This document shows, one piece after another, positions 33,702-43,818 of a DNA stretch of 48,198 nt. Made by a program: the position numbers and the translations under genes. This DNA is from Ascoidea asiatica JCM 7603 (taxonomy: Eukaryota; Fungi; Ascomycota), in NCBI GenBank assembly GCA_001600695.1, contig BCKQ01000001.1:2230769-2278966 (forward strand), read 5' to 3'. How positions within the stretch are numbered: the stretch's first letter is position 1; every line of letters begins with the position of its first letter. The notes below the pieces were generated by a model, which searched no databases, had not been told where the DNA came from, and saw nothing but the letters and a program-made list of their open reading frames with translations.

Positions 33702-35132
33702 TCAATTATAAGACGATCTTCTTTGTCTTCCATTAATTAATCTTCCAGTGACTCGTTTTGGCCTCTTTAAAGGACTTCCTTCACTTATTGTTCTGCTTCT
33801 TAAAATTCCATGAAGTGGTTTTGAATTACTAGATGAAGTGTTAACTGTTGTAGCTGTAGTTGGTGGTGTTGCTATAGATAATGAATTTTGAATATTTAAA
33901 GATTTATCTGTTGATGATGTATTGATTGTACTATTAGTTTCAGAATAATGAGGAATTCCAGAATTCAGCAGCAGCAGTACACTATTTTCTAGAAAATTAA
34001 TCATAGTATTTTTTCCTAAACTTTTTTTCCAATTTTTAGTTTTTTCATTCATTAATTCTTCTGAACTTAACTTATTATTTTTCAAAAATTCACTTGAAAA
34101 TTTCATATTTTCAATATTAACATCACGAATTATTTGATTAATCTCATTATTTATATCTTCAATTTCATTTAATATGGAATCAACTTCGGATGATTTAATT
34201 GAAAAATCTTTTTCAAAATTTATTGATAATTTTTTAATCATATCTTCTTTACTATTTATTTCATTGTCAAGAATTTTTTGAAATTCATTAAACTTAAGTT
34301 TTAATGAACTAATAATAACTTGGTTATCTGAATTATTAGTATTTGGATTTAAATTAGTTAATTCTTTGTTGATTAACTGTTCCTTTTCTTCTAATGTTAT
34401 TTTTAATCTTTCATTAATTTCAATATTTAATTCATTTAATTGATGATCCCATTGAGATTGAAATTTTGAAGAGATATTATTCAAAATTGTTGATTTAGAT
34501 TTTATTTTATTTATACAATCTAAAATATTGGATAACTTTTGATTTAAGAAATTATTTTTTTGATTAAAAAAATTCGAATTAACTGCAAGAATCAGATTAT
34601 TTAAATTTTGTATAAAAAGATCATTTTTTATTTGGATACTTCTATTAACTAATTCATCATTTTGGGATTTATAATTATCATATTTATCACTTAATTTTAT
34701 GAATTTTTCATTCAAACAATATTTTTCAACTTTCAATTCATCAATTTTTGTTTTTAAATCAGAAATAATTTTTTCATTTGTTGAATATTTATTCCTTTCT
34801 ATATCAATATTAGACTTTATCGAATTTAAGTTATTTAATTTCTCATTATAAGATTGTTTTAAATTCTCATTATCAATTGATTTTGTATTAATTTCAGTCA
34901 TTTTTCGAATTATTTCTTGATTTTTCAGATTAATTGATTCCTTTTTAATAAGTATTTCATTTTCAATTTTTTTACAATTTTTTTGAATTTCATCTAGTTG
35001 CTTTGAATATGTTTCTTTAACTTCATTATTGATTTTATTTATCCTTGCTTCATTTCTTGCTACTAGTTTTCTTTCGGTCTGAACATAAATCCAAAATATT
35101 ATCAATATGATAAACAAGAAGTTGTCAACCAT
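33702..35132 (-). CDS. Unknown protein: N-terminal hydrophobic segment, long coiled coil, basic Ser/Thr-rich tail
   Basis: A 476-codon open frame in very AT-rich DNA. It has FLFIILIIFWIYV at the start, heptad-like K/E/N/I/L composition and an NLS-like SPLKRPKR. I do not recognise the family. Confidence 0.75.
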   Translation of the reverse strand: MVDNFLFIILIIFWIYVQTERKLVARNEARINKINNEVKETYSKQLDEIQKNCKKIENEILIKKESINLKNQEIIRKMTEINTKSIDNENLKQSYNEKLNNLNSIKSNIDIERNKYSTNEKIISDLKTKIDELKVEKYCLNEKFIKLSDKYDNYKSQNDELVNRSIQIKNDLFIQNLNNLILAVNSNFFNQKNNFLNQKLSNILDCINKIKSKSTILNNISSKFQSQWDHQLNELNIEINERLKITLEEKEQLINKELTNLNPNTNNSDNQVIISSLKLKFNEFQKILDNEINSKEDMIKKLSINFEKDFSIKSSEVDSILNEIEDINNEINQIIRDVNIENMKFSSEFLKNNKLSSEELMNEKTKNWKKSLGKNTMINFLENSVLLLLNSGIPHYSETNSTINTSSTDKSLNIQNSLSIATPPTTATTVNTSSSNSKPLHGILRSRTISEGSPLKRPKRVTGRLINGRQRRSSYN

Positions 35133-35929
35133 CTTTTATTGGTATAAATATTAAACCCAATAATTGATTCTCTAATCAATAAATAATATTATCAGGTGCA
35201 ATAAAAAGGATAGGGATGAAAAAAAAAACTAAAAATTCACCAAAAATAATCCTAGATCTTGAATTCTTTAAATATTTCAATCTCTTGTAAGATTTAAATA
35301 GCTTTTCGATAAGTGAAAAAGTCTGTGATTCTCACTTCCTTTTTTTTACCAGTGCAAAACATCGCTTATTCTTTTCAAATATATCTCTTTGTCAAAATAT
35401 TGGTCTATTGGCAACTGAAATACAGTGCAGTACCCTCATAAGGAAAACTTCTGAACTTGTCTGACTGTAATTAACTGTGATAAATGGATAAACAGTGTAA
35501 CTTTGATGCTTAGACGAGGTCAAAGTTTGGTCTGCCAATCAAATCCGCAACCAAAAAATGGAAATCTGAAACGGATGGAAATAATATTTTGGTATTGTGC
35601 CCGAATCAGATGATTGACTGTTTATGCTGAATGAGAAGTTATTTCAAACCGATAATTCAACAAATTCACAAGATCACTTACTAATTTTTTACAAAGCCTG
35701 AGCAACTTCTTTTCATGATGTTCGTAAATGAAAAATAAAAAAAAAAACATGAATTATTAGGTACATACCTGTCTAAATGCTTAGGTCCTTTTAAGACAGA
35801 TAAGAGAAAAAACAATAATTATGAAAGTATCCCTCTCAATCGTAGTCGTTATGAGATGTTGATTGAAATTATAATATGTAATATTTCAAAATATTTAGAA
35901 CTTGTTCACTCTACATATAGAAATCAGTA

Positions 35930-38900
35930 TCACTTCTTTCTTTTCCTTGAAGTAGCACTGCTAGATGATCCCTTTTTAGCCCGGGTAGAAGATTTGGCAG
36001 GCTTGGCTTTTGTGGCCTTGGGCTTTTTAGCTTTGATTAGTTTATCTTTTGTAATATCTTCCAAGTCTTTGTTATCATCATCTTCGTCCTTTACGTTAAC
36101 AGTATCATCATCTATGACATCTTCCAAATCAGGTTTAGCTGTTGAAGTTCCTGACCTACCACTAGTTGTCAATCCTGGCCTATTTATTGCAACTGGATGT
36201 TTTGCTGCATTATACTTTCTTGTAAACTGAGACTTAGTTGAAGTAGTTAATGCTTTAGATACCTTATCTAAACTGTAAGGATTCTTTGGCATTGCAAAAT
36301 CTAATATATATTCCCAATCTTCTTTGGTTAAATAGTAATGATCTAATATTTCTACTGTTTCTGCAATTCCATCAGTTTCTTTTTCAATCAATGGTTTGGC
36401 TAATTTTTCTCCTAATAATTGAAAATAATCTAGTCTCAAATCAAACTTTTTTGTTAATGTTCTTAATCTACAGTGATAATTTATTTCTTGTAATAATCTT
36501 AAATATTTGTTTGTCTTTGAGTTATTTCCTAGCCAACTTGTAAAATTAATTCTTCCAGTAATTATACCATGAACAAATGATGCAGGTCTGATTGAAGACA
36601 TAACACCATGAAGGGGCATTAAACTCCATAACTGTTCTGAACTATGAATTTTTGAATCAACTAAATCAGCTTCAGATATGGAATCTGAAGCTTTAGCGAT
36701 AAGTTGCAAATGGCTCATATTTCTATTTGAGGGTCTTGTATTAAGATAATTTTCATGCACCATTAACGGTGTAAAATCATGATCATCAAAATAATATTCA
36801 AGCTTTTTATTTAAATCTACATTGGTACTTGGGGACCATATTGCTCCATTTAACAATCTTCCCAATATATCAAATGATTTAAGTGCAACATTTTTTTGCC
36901 ATGAACTTATAACTTTAGTTGTATTTTCACCGTTTATTACTTTATCAGTTTTTGAAATTGTAGACAATAAATTAATGATTTGTCTTATATCATGTTTTGT
37001 TCCATCTACTATTTGTTCAATAATATTAGGATCTAACTTAAGTTTTTCTCTATATGCAATTGTCATTATTCTAGATTTCATTTCAGTTGCACTTGGTCTT
37101 CTAAAAGGTAAATCAAAACAAACTTTATCGAAAGGTCTCATCTTTGGAAGTGATTTATCATTACAAATCATTATTATAGGAATAGATGTTTTACGGCAAA
37201 ATGAAGCTAAAGCACCTACACCACCACGATCACCACTTGACATTCCGTCAACTTCATCCATGATTAGACAAAACTTTTTTTTTTGACTATTATTTACTTG
37301 GTTCCCTTTATTATCAAAATATCCCATTAAAGAGTTATTATTTAAAATATTTTTGATGTCTGAATTTAATAATGATTTAGATCTAACATCGGAAGCATTT
37401 TTTTCAAGAACATCATAATTTAACATTTCAGCAACAAGATGTGCAGCAGTTGTTTTACCAATTCCAGGAGGTCCTGAAATTAAAGCTGCTGGGAATAAAT
37501 CTCCATAAAGTTTGAACCCTTTTTTTTTATTAGTGTCCCAATTTGCTAACCATTTTCTTAATTTCTCTACAACTCCTTTATTTCCACAAATTTGCGATAA
37601 ATTAGTTGGAGCATATTTAACTGTCCATAATTTTTCTGAATCTGATTTTTCAGAAGATTTAACATATGTATCTTCAGGAATATTTTTAGATTTATTCTCT
37701 TTAACTTGACAAGCCTTTTTTTTCATTAATTCCTTTTCACGTTTTAAAGCATCTTTTTCTTCCATTTTAGCTTGTTCTAAAATCAAGGCATCATCTTTTT
37801 TTCTTTTTTCAATAGCTTTTTTAGCCAAATCATTATCCCCTCCATTTTGGGGCATTCCAGTAATCAATTGACAAAATCCGGCTTCATCTATAGCTTTTAT
37901 ATTTAGTTCTAAAATTTTTCTAACTTTTGAAGGACCTGCTTCTTCACCTAATACTACAATTGAAGTTTTTTTTGAAATTGATTTTGTAACTTTTGCACCA
38001 TATTTTTTAGCTAAGGTATCACCATCCTCACGATTAATATGAGGTAAAACACCAGTAAAAACAATTGTTAAACCAGCCAAACAATCTGGCTTTCCTATAG
38101 GAATCTCAAATGATTCATCTGATTCCAAAGGAGGAGGAGGAGCTTCAGCTTTCATTTTAAAGTAATTAAAAGTTTTTGGATCATAATCTGATACATCTGG
38201 TAATTCGGCATCTGGAATAGTTTTTAATAATGCATCAAGAGGTTTACTTCCAGTAGAAGCCGGAGCTTTTCTTTTTTTAATTGGAGCTTTTTTAGCTTCA
38301 TCTTTGTTTTGAGAACCCTTTTTAGGAGATGTGATCGGATTGTTCAGAATAGTATCAGTAAGTTTTTTAGCTTTAGGTTTTGAGATTTTTGTAATTTTGA
38401 AATCATCATCATCCTCATCATCATCATAGTCATCATCGCCATCATCTTTGTAATCGTTGTCATCATTATCATCAGCTCCAGAGAGAGAGTAGTCTTCATC
38501 GCCATCCTTGTCACCTTCTTCTTCTTCTTCTTCCAAATCAACTATATCAGAGTCATCATCATCATTATATTTTTTTTTGAATTTGGGAACAGGTTTTGGA
38601 TTAACTTTCAAATCAGGTTTTGAAGTTGGTTTTATAGATGAAGATTGTGTATTTGATCTTGTAGAAGATCTAGTGGATCTTGTAGAAGATCTAGTGGATC
38701 TTGTAGAACGAACGGGTTTACTTTTCGAAAAATAATCAGAAGTTGAAATTGGAGTTAATTTTTCTTCTTTAGGTAAATTTAATCTTGATTTTTTTCTTTG
38801 AGGTTTTTTAACTTCTACAATTTCCACAACATCGTCGTCATCGTCATCATCATCATCATCATCCACAATTGCTCTTGTTCTTCTTCTAGAACTGGTTCCA

Positions 38901-39103
38901 GAACTTGAAGATGTATTTGTTCTAGATTTAGGTTCGGTACGTTTGTTCTATGATATATTATAAAAAATTCAAATTAATTGAGTTAGTTAAGTATTTTTAT
39001 GAATTAAAAAATTATCAAAATAATAAAAATAATAAAAATAATTAATACTTACAGACTGACGCGTTTTATTTCCTCCGCCAAAAAAATCAGCTATATCAAC
39101 CAT
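35930..39103 (-). CDS. RFC1: Replication factor C large subunit; complement(join(35930..38947,39053..39103))
   Basis: BRCT (CLAGLTIVFTGVL...AGPSK), LWTVKYAP, Walker A GPPGIGKTT and Walker B MDEVDGMS. Exon 1 MVDIADFFGGGNKTRQS resembles the yeast Rfc1 start MVNISDFFG. Confidence 0.96.
38655..38708. repeat. 21-bp tandem repeat (~2.6 copies) encoding STRSSTR in the Rfc1 N-terminus
   Basis: GATCTTGTAGAAGATCTAGTG x2 plus GATCTTGTAGAA. Confidence 0.9.
38948..39052 (-). other. Spliceosomal intron (105 nt, phase 0) in RFC1
   Basis: Minus-strand GTAAGT starting at 39052, AACTAAC within 38981-38990, and TAG ending at 38948. Exon 2 is in frame with the long ORF. Confidence 0.9.
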
Positions 39104-39296
39104 TTAAAAAGAATAGAGAAATAATGCCAAATGAATTGAAAAACTTTTGGTCTAATAATTAATTAAGAAAGAATCAAAATTAAATTTGGCTAAAATCTAT
39201 GAAATTTGAATTTAGAATCTTTATAAATATTATTTTTTGAATTGAATTTAGCGGTAGATCGAAATTATTACCGATTTTTGAATTCAAGGACAATAA

Positions 39297-39336
39297 ACGC
39301 GTTATTTTCTTTAATGATGAGAATTATGACGGGTAA
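39297..39336. promoter_or_regulatory. MCB (ACGCGT) and Reb1-like (CGGGTAA) sites in the RFC1 promoter
   Basis: ACGCGT at 39297-39302 and CGGGTAA at 39330-39336. MCB boxes are typical of DNA replication genes. Confidence 0.65.
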
Positions 39337-39731
39337 CCATGTAATTTTAGGTAAATCTAGAACATCCATAAAACTGGCTCTGGAAAAAAAATAAAAAAAA
39401 TAAAAAAAATAAAAAAAATAATCAGGTGTTGCTTGAAATTTCAAATTGATAAGATTTTATTCCCGAAGGTTTTAATGTTATTGAATTAAGATCAGTAGAA
39501 ACTTGAATTACATTATATCTATATAACTTTTAAAATTCATTCAAAGAAAAACACAAGAGAAAAAATAAGATGAAGTAAAACTTAACTTGAAAATAAATAA
39601 TTTAAATCTAAAAGAATAAAATTGATCAAAAAAAAGAAAAGCAAAAGTAAAAGCAAAAAATAATAATAAAAATAACAATAAACTAAAAAGAAAAATAAAA
39701 GTGGTTAAATTATGTCATTAGGAATAATATT

Positions 39732-41285
39732 TTAAAAAGCACAATAAAATAAAATAGAACAAATTGCAACAAATGCAACACCAACAGCAGTATATTTTTT
39801 ACAATTAATATTTGGATCAATTTTACCAGTTCTTGAAAAAAAAGGTTGATCTTGCATTGCTTTATAATTTATTTGAGCATTTTCTTCATTATATGGAGGA
39901 TATCTTGCTTTTAATAAAAATTCTGCCCACCATGGTTGAATCATTACAGTTCTTGGATGAGTAAAAGAATTGAAACCATATTCTCCATGATAAACACCAT
40001 AACCAGAATTTCCAATACCACCAAAAGCTCCTGAACCTAAAGCAACATGAACCATTGAATCATTTACTATTGCACCACCAGATCTTATTCTACTTAAATA
40101 ATAATTAATTTCTTTTTTATCATTTGAAAATATATAAGCAGCTAATGGAGTATCATTATATTTAATAATATTATCACAAGCTTCTTCTAAATCTTTATAT
40201 TTCACAATTGGTAAAATTGGAGCAAATAATTCTTCAAACATTAAAGAATCATTCCAATCAACATCATAAACAATAGTTGGTTGAATGAAGAAAGAATTTT
40301 CATCAAATTTATCTTTTTCACCACCAATTAAAATTTTACCTTTTGTATTATTTAATAAATTTAAAATTCTATTATAATTATTTTTATTTTTTTGTAAATG
40401 ACTAAAAGTTTTTTCATTTGAATTTATACCAAGAGGATAAAAATCATTAATAAAAATATCTTTTGCTAAATTTAAAACAATATCATAAATTTTTTCATCA
40501 ACAATTATATAATCAGTTGCAACACAAGTTTGTCCACTATTTAAAAATTTAGCCCACATTGCTCTTTTTATTGCAATTCTTAAAATTTTAGTATTATTAT
40601 TTTTACCTAATAAATTTGAAGAAATCACTGCAGGAGATTTACCACCTAATTCTAAAATACATGGAGTTAAATTTTTTGCAGCAGCATTTGCAATAATTTT
40701 ACCAACTCTTGCAGAACCTGTAAAAAAAATCATATCAAATTTACAATTTAATAAATTTGTAACTTCTGGAACACCACCATTAACAACTTTAATAATTGAA
40801 GGATCAAGATAATTTTGAATAATTTTAGTTAAAACTTTTGAAACATTTGGTACAATTTCAGAAGGTTTAACAATTATACAATTACCAGCAGTTATTGCAG
40901 CAGAAATTGGAGCTAAAGTTAAATTAATTGGATAATTAAAAGGACCAATAATTAAAATTAAACCTCTTGAAATTCTTTGAACATATTTTGTTGCAGCAAC
41001 ATAAGCTAAAAAAGGTACAGAAGATATATATTTTTTTTTATTATAATTATAAATATTTTTCATATCATTAACAATAAAAGCATAAAGACAAGAAATTTCA
41101 GTACCTAAAGTTTCAACATTATGTCTATTTAAATCTTTATTAATTGCATTACATAATTCTAATTCATTATCTTTAATACCATAATAAAGAGATCTTAATT
41201 GTTGTAATCTAAATGGAATTGAATCTAATTTTCTTGAATGATAAGTTTTATTTAAATCATTGACTATTTCAGTATATGGATTCAT
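39732..41285 (-). CDS. HFD1: Fatty aldehyde dehydrogenase (ALDH3 family)
   Basis: Motifs IIGPFNYP, VKPSE, FFTGSARVG, LELGGKSP, NSGQTCVATDY, EELFAPILP and FGGIGNSGYGVYHG, plus a C-terminal TM anchor. Confidence 0.92.
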   Translation of the reverse strand: MNPYTEIVNDLNKTYHSRKLDSIPFRLQQLRSLYYGIKDNELELCNAINKDLNRHNVETLGTEISCLYAFIVNDMKNIYNYNKKKYISSVPFLAYVAATKYVQRISRGLILIIGPFNYPINLTLAPISAAITAGNCIIVKPSEIVPNVSKVLTKIIQNYLDPSIIKVVNGGVPEVTNLLNCKFDMIFFTGSARVGKIIANAAAKNLTPCILELGGKSPAVISSNLLGKNNNTKILRIAIKRAMWAKFLNSGQTCVATDYIIVDEKIYDIVLNLAKDIFINDFYPLGINSNEKTFSHLQKNKNNYNRILNLLNNTKGKILIGGEKDKFDENSFFIQPTIVYDVDWNDSLMFEELFAPILPIVKYKDLEEACDNIIKYNDTPLAAYIFSNDKKEINYYLSRIRSGGAIVNDSMVHVALGSGAFGGIGNSGYGVYHGEYGFNSFTHPRTVMIQPWWAEFLLKARYPPYNEENAQINYKAMQDQPFFSRTGKIDPNINCKKYTAVGVAFVAICSILFYCAF

Positions 41286-41731
41286 TTTTAAAAAGATATG
41301 ATTGAGATGAATTAAATTTGATAACTGAATAAATAATGTAGTATGATTGAATTGAATTGAGTTGAATTGAGTTGAAAAGAAATGAAATGATTTGAAAGAA
41401 AAGAATAAAAATTTGGATTGAAAAATAAGGAAATGAATATATATTATATCACATTTTATAATTATTGATTAATAATTAATTATAATTATGATAATAATAA
41501 TAACAATAATAATAATAATATTAAGGGGAATAACATTTTTACAAATATTTAAGTGATTAATAACATTAGATTATTTTAGTTTTAATAGTAGTTAATTGAT
41601 GGATAATTAATGGTTAATAATAATAAGGTTTTTAACAAAGTTAAATTTTAAAATGTTAAAAATGGTAAGTTGTTAATAAATATTAAAATAATGTATTTGT
41701 ATTGAGATTTTTAAGGCAATAAATTAAGCCA

Positions 41732-41783
41732 TATTTTGAATATCTTTGAATATCTTTGAATATCTTTGAATATCTTTGAATAT
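41732..41783. repeat. 10-bp tandem repeat (TATCTTTGAA)x4 plus a partial copy
   Basis: Four perfect copies at 41741-41780, preceded by TATTTTGAA. Confidence 0.95.
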
Positions 41784-42472
41784 AACATAAAAAAAGTGAA
41801 ACAAAATAAATGGAGTTGGTGGTTACAGATAATATTATTGGTAGATAAATAATTGTAACGGTTTAAATAACAGTAAAAATATTATTATTTGAATTGAATT
41901 AATTTAACTCATTTTTTACTCAATTTTTATTCAATTTTTAGTAAAATTTAGCAATTTTTTTTACTCTGAATTTATTGCAACCAATTAACATATTTTACTT
42001 CCGAATTTTTATTTAATATATTTAGTAGCTTATGGAGATTTATTAAAAAGATTAATACTACTACTAAAGCTAAGTTAATATCCGAATGAGTTCATTTATT
42101 AAGTTTATTGGCAGCATTGAATTAAATTGATTAGATAATTTAGTACGGTGATACAGCAATGTTATTTATCACAAGGCATTACGTTGATATTTTAGATAAA
42201 TTTAAATAAGTTTGGATAAATGAATTGTTGAAAGTTTGTAAATTTATTGAAGATGTGGCAATATTTGTATATTTTTAACTATTTATAAATTTAAATCAAT
42301 ATATTTGAACGAATGTATTTGACTAAAGCCATTATAAAAATATAATATAAATAATAAGAAAGGATTAAGAATAGATTATGAGTAGAAGATGAGTACGATG
42401 TGCGCGTTAAGTGAGTAGAGAAAGCAGGGGTTTAAGCGTTGGAACTGAACAAGCGCCGACTGAAAAGAGGTT

Positions 42473-42481
42473 TTTGCCACC
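42473..42481 (-). promoter_or_regulatory. Rpn4 PACE element (GGTGGCAAA)
   Basis: Perfect TTTGCCACC on the + strand. An STRE (AGGGG) lies nearby at 42426-42430. Confidence 0.55.
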
Positions 42482-42932
42482 CGAGAAGAAAGAACAAAAA
42501 CAGAAACAGCAGAAACAGCAAAAGCACCTTCTTTGCCTTCTTCATCTTCTTCATCTTCTTCACCTTCTTCACCTTCTTTTGATCTTTGTCTTCTCCAACG
42601 CCGTGTTTCGTGGCTGGAACTGCGCCAGATTCACCACTGCAGACCAGTGCTGCGGTTCCTGTTACCTCTGTTCCTTGTTCTTCTCCTTGTTCTTGTTCTT
42701 CTCCTTGTTCTTCGTACTTTTCCCCTGCTTCTGCTGGTGCTTGTGCTGTTGCTTCGCGTCGATGCATCTTGCTTCTTTCTTGCTTCTCTCTTGCTTTCAT
42801 CTCCATTTCTCTTCCGTTCTAATTCAAGCAGATCAAATCACTCCGAAATCCAATAACAGTAATACAATAACAATAACAATCATAACCGTAATATATTATA
42901 ACATAATATAACAAATATATATAAACAATATG

Positions 42933-42986
42933 TCTTAAATATCTTAAATATCTTAAATATATCAAATATATCAAATATATCAAATA
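42933..42986. repeat. Compound 9-bp tandem repeats (TCTTAAATA)x3 + (TATCAAATA)x3
   Basis: Read directly. Confidence 0.85.
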
Positions 42987-43610
42987 ATGAATCAATTCAA
43001 ATTCATCTTCGTCGTACAATATTAACATTCTTACAATCACAATAACTTTAACACCAACATCAACATTAATAATATTTTCATCCCTTTATTTATTATTTAT
43101 TATTTATTTAAAAATTCCATTTAATCCTAGTCTGAATACTGTTCTAATACTAATAAATTTCATATTTCAATCAAAGCTAAATATAATTTAGCTCACATTA
43201 TTGTCGAATTATATCTTATTAAATGAAATTATGATATGATATAATTTTATTATTTATTATTACAAAATATCTTAAAATATATTATAAAAGACTTAAATAT
43301 CCTTTGTTATAAAAATTATTTATTCTTTTATTATTATTCTTTTATAAGACATAATATAGATAGACATTATTAAATTTATAGACATTAGAAACATTGTAAA
43401 TATTACTGTACACTACAAAAATATTACAACAACATTTCAATAATATTACATTAACATTTAAATTAACATTATCGTATAATTTCCTATTTATATTATAATA
43501 TTCCTTCAAATCTCTATATTTCCATTCAATTCCCTTTTATTTTTTTTCATTACCTAGTCAATAATTTCTAATTTTTTCTTATTTTTATCTCATTTTTCTT
43601 TTAACTCAAA

Positions 43611-43757
43611 ATGTCTTCAATATCAAGTAAAAGATTAGAAAATTTTGATAAATATATAAATTCATTTATATTAAAATCAAAAAAAAGTAATGATTACTCA
43701 AATTCTCAAACTTTAGATCCTGAATTTAATAACAATAATAATAATACTAATATTCCG

Positions 43758-43818
<61 letters not shown>

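Noticed and set aside
35609-35705. Possible C/D box snoRNA (CTGA boxes)
   Set aside because: The C box is non-consensus, and there is no terminal stem or recognisable rRNA guide.
262-38735. Short antisense or alternate-frame ORFs inside long genes (e.g. 262-489, 5296-5493, 18810-20907 set, 22911-25754 set, 29276-31372 set, 35856-38735 set)
   Set aside because: Shadow frames of real genes, often over low-complexity AAT/GAT repeats, with no recognisable motifs.
42411-43040. Overlapping ORFs in and beside the GC island as protein genes
   Set aside because: The frames stay open because of simple repeats, several have non-ATG starts, and codon usage is unlike neighbouring genes. Kept only as part of the island finding.
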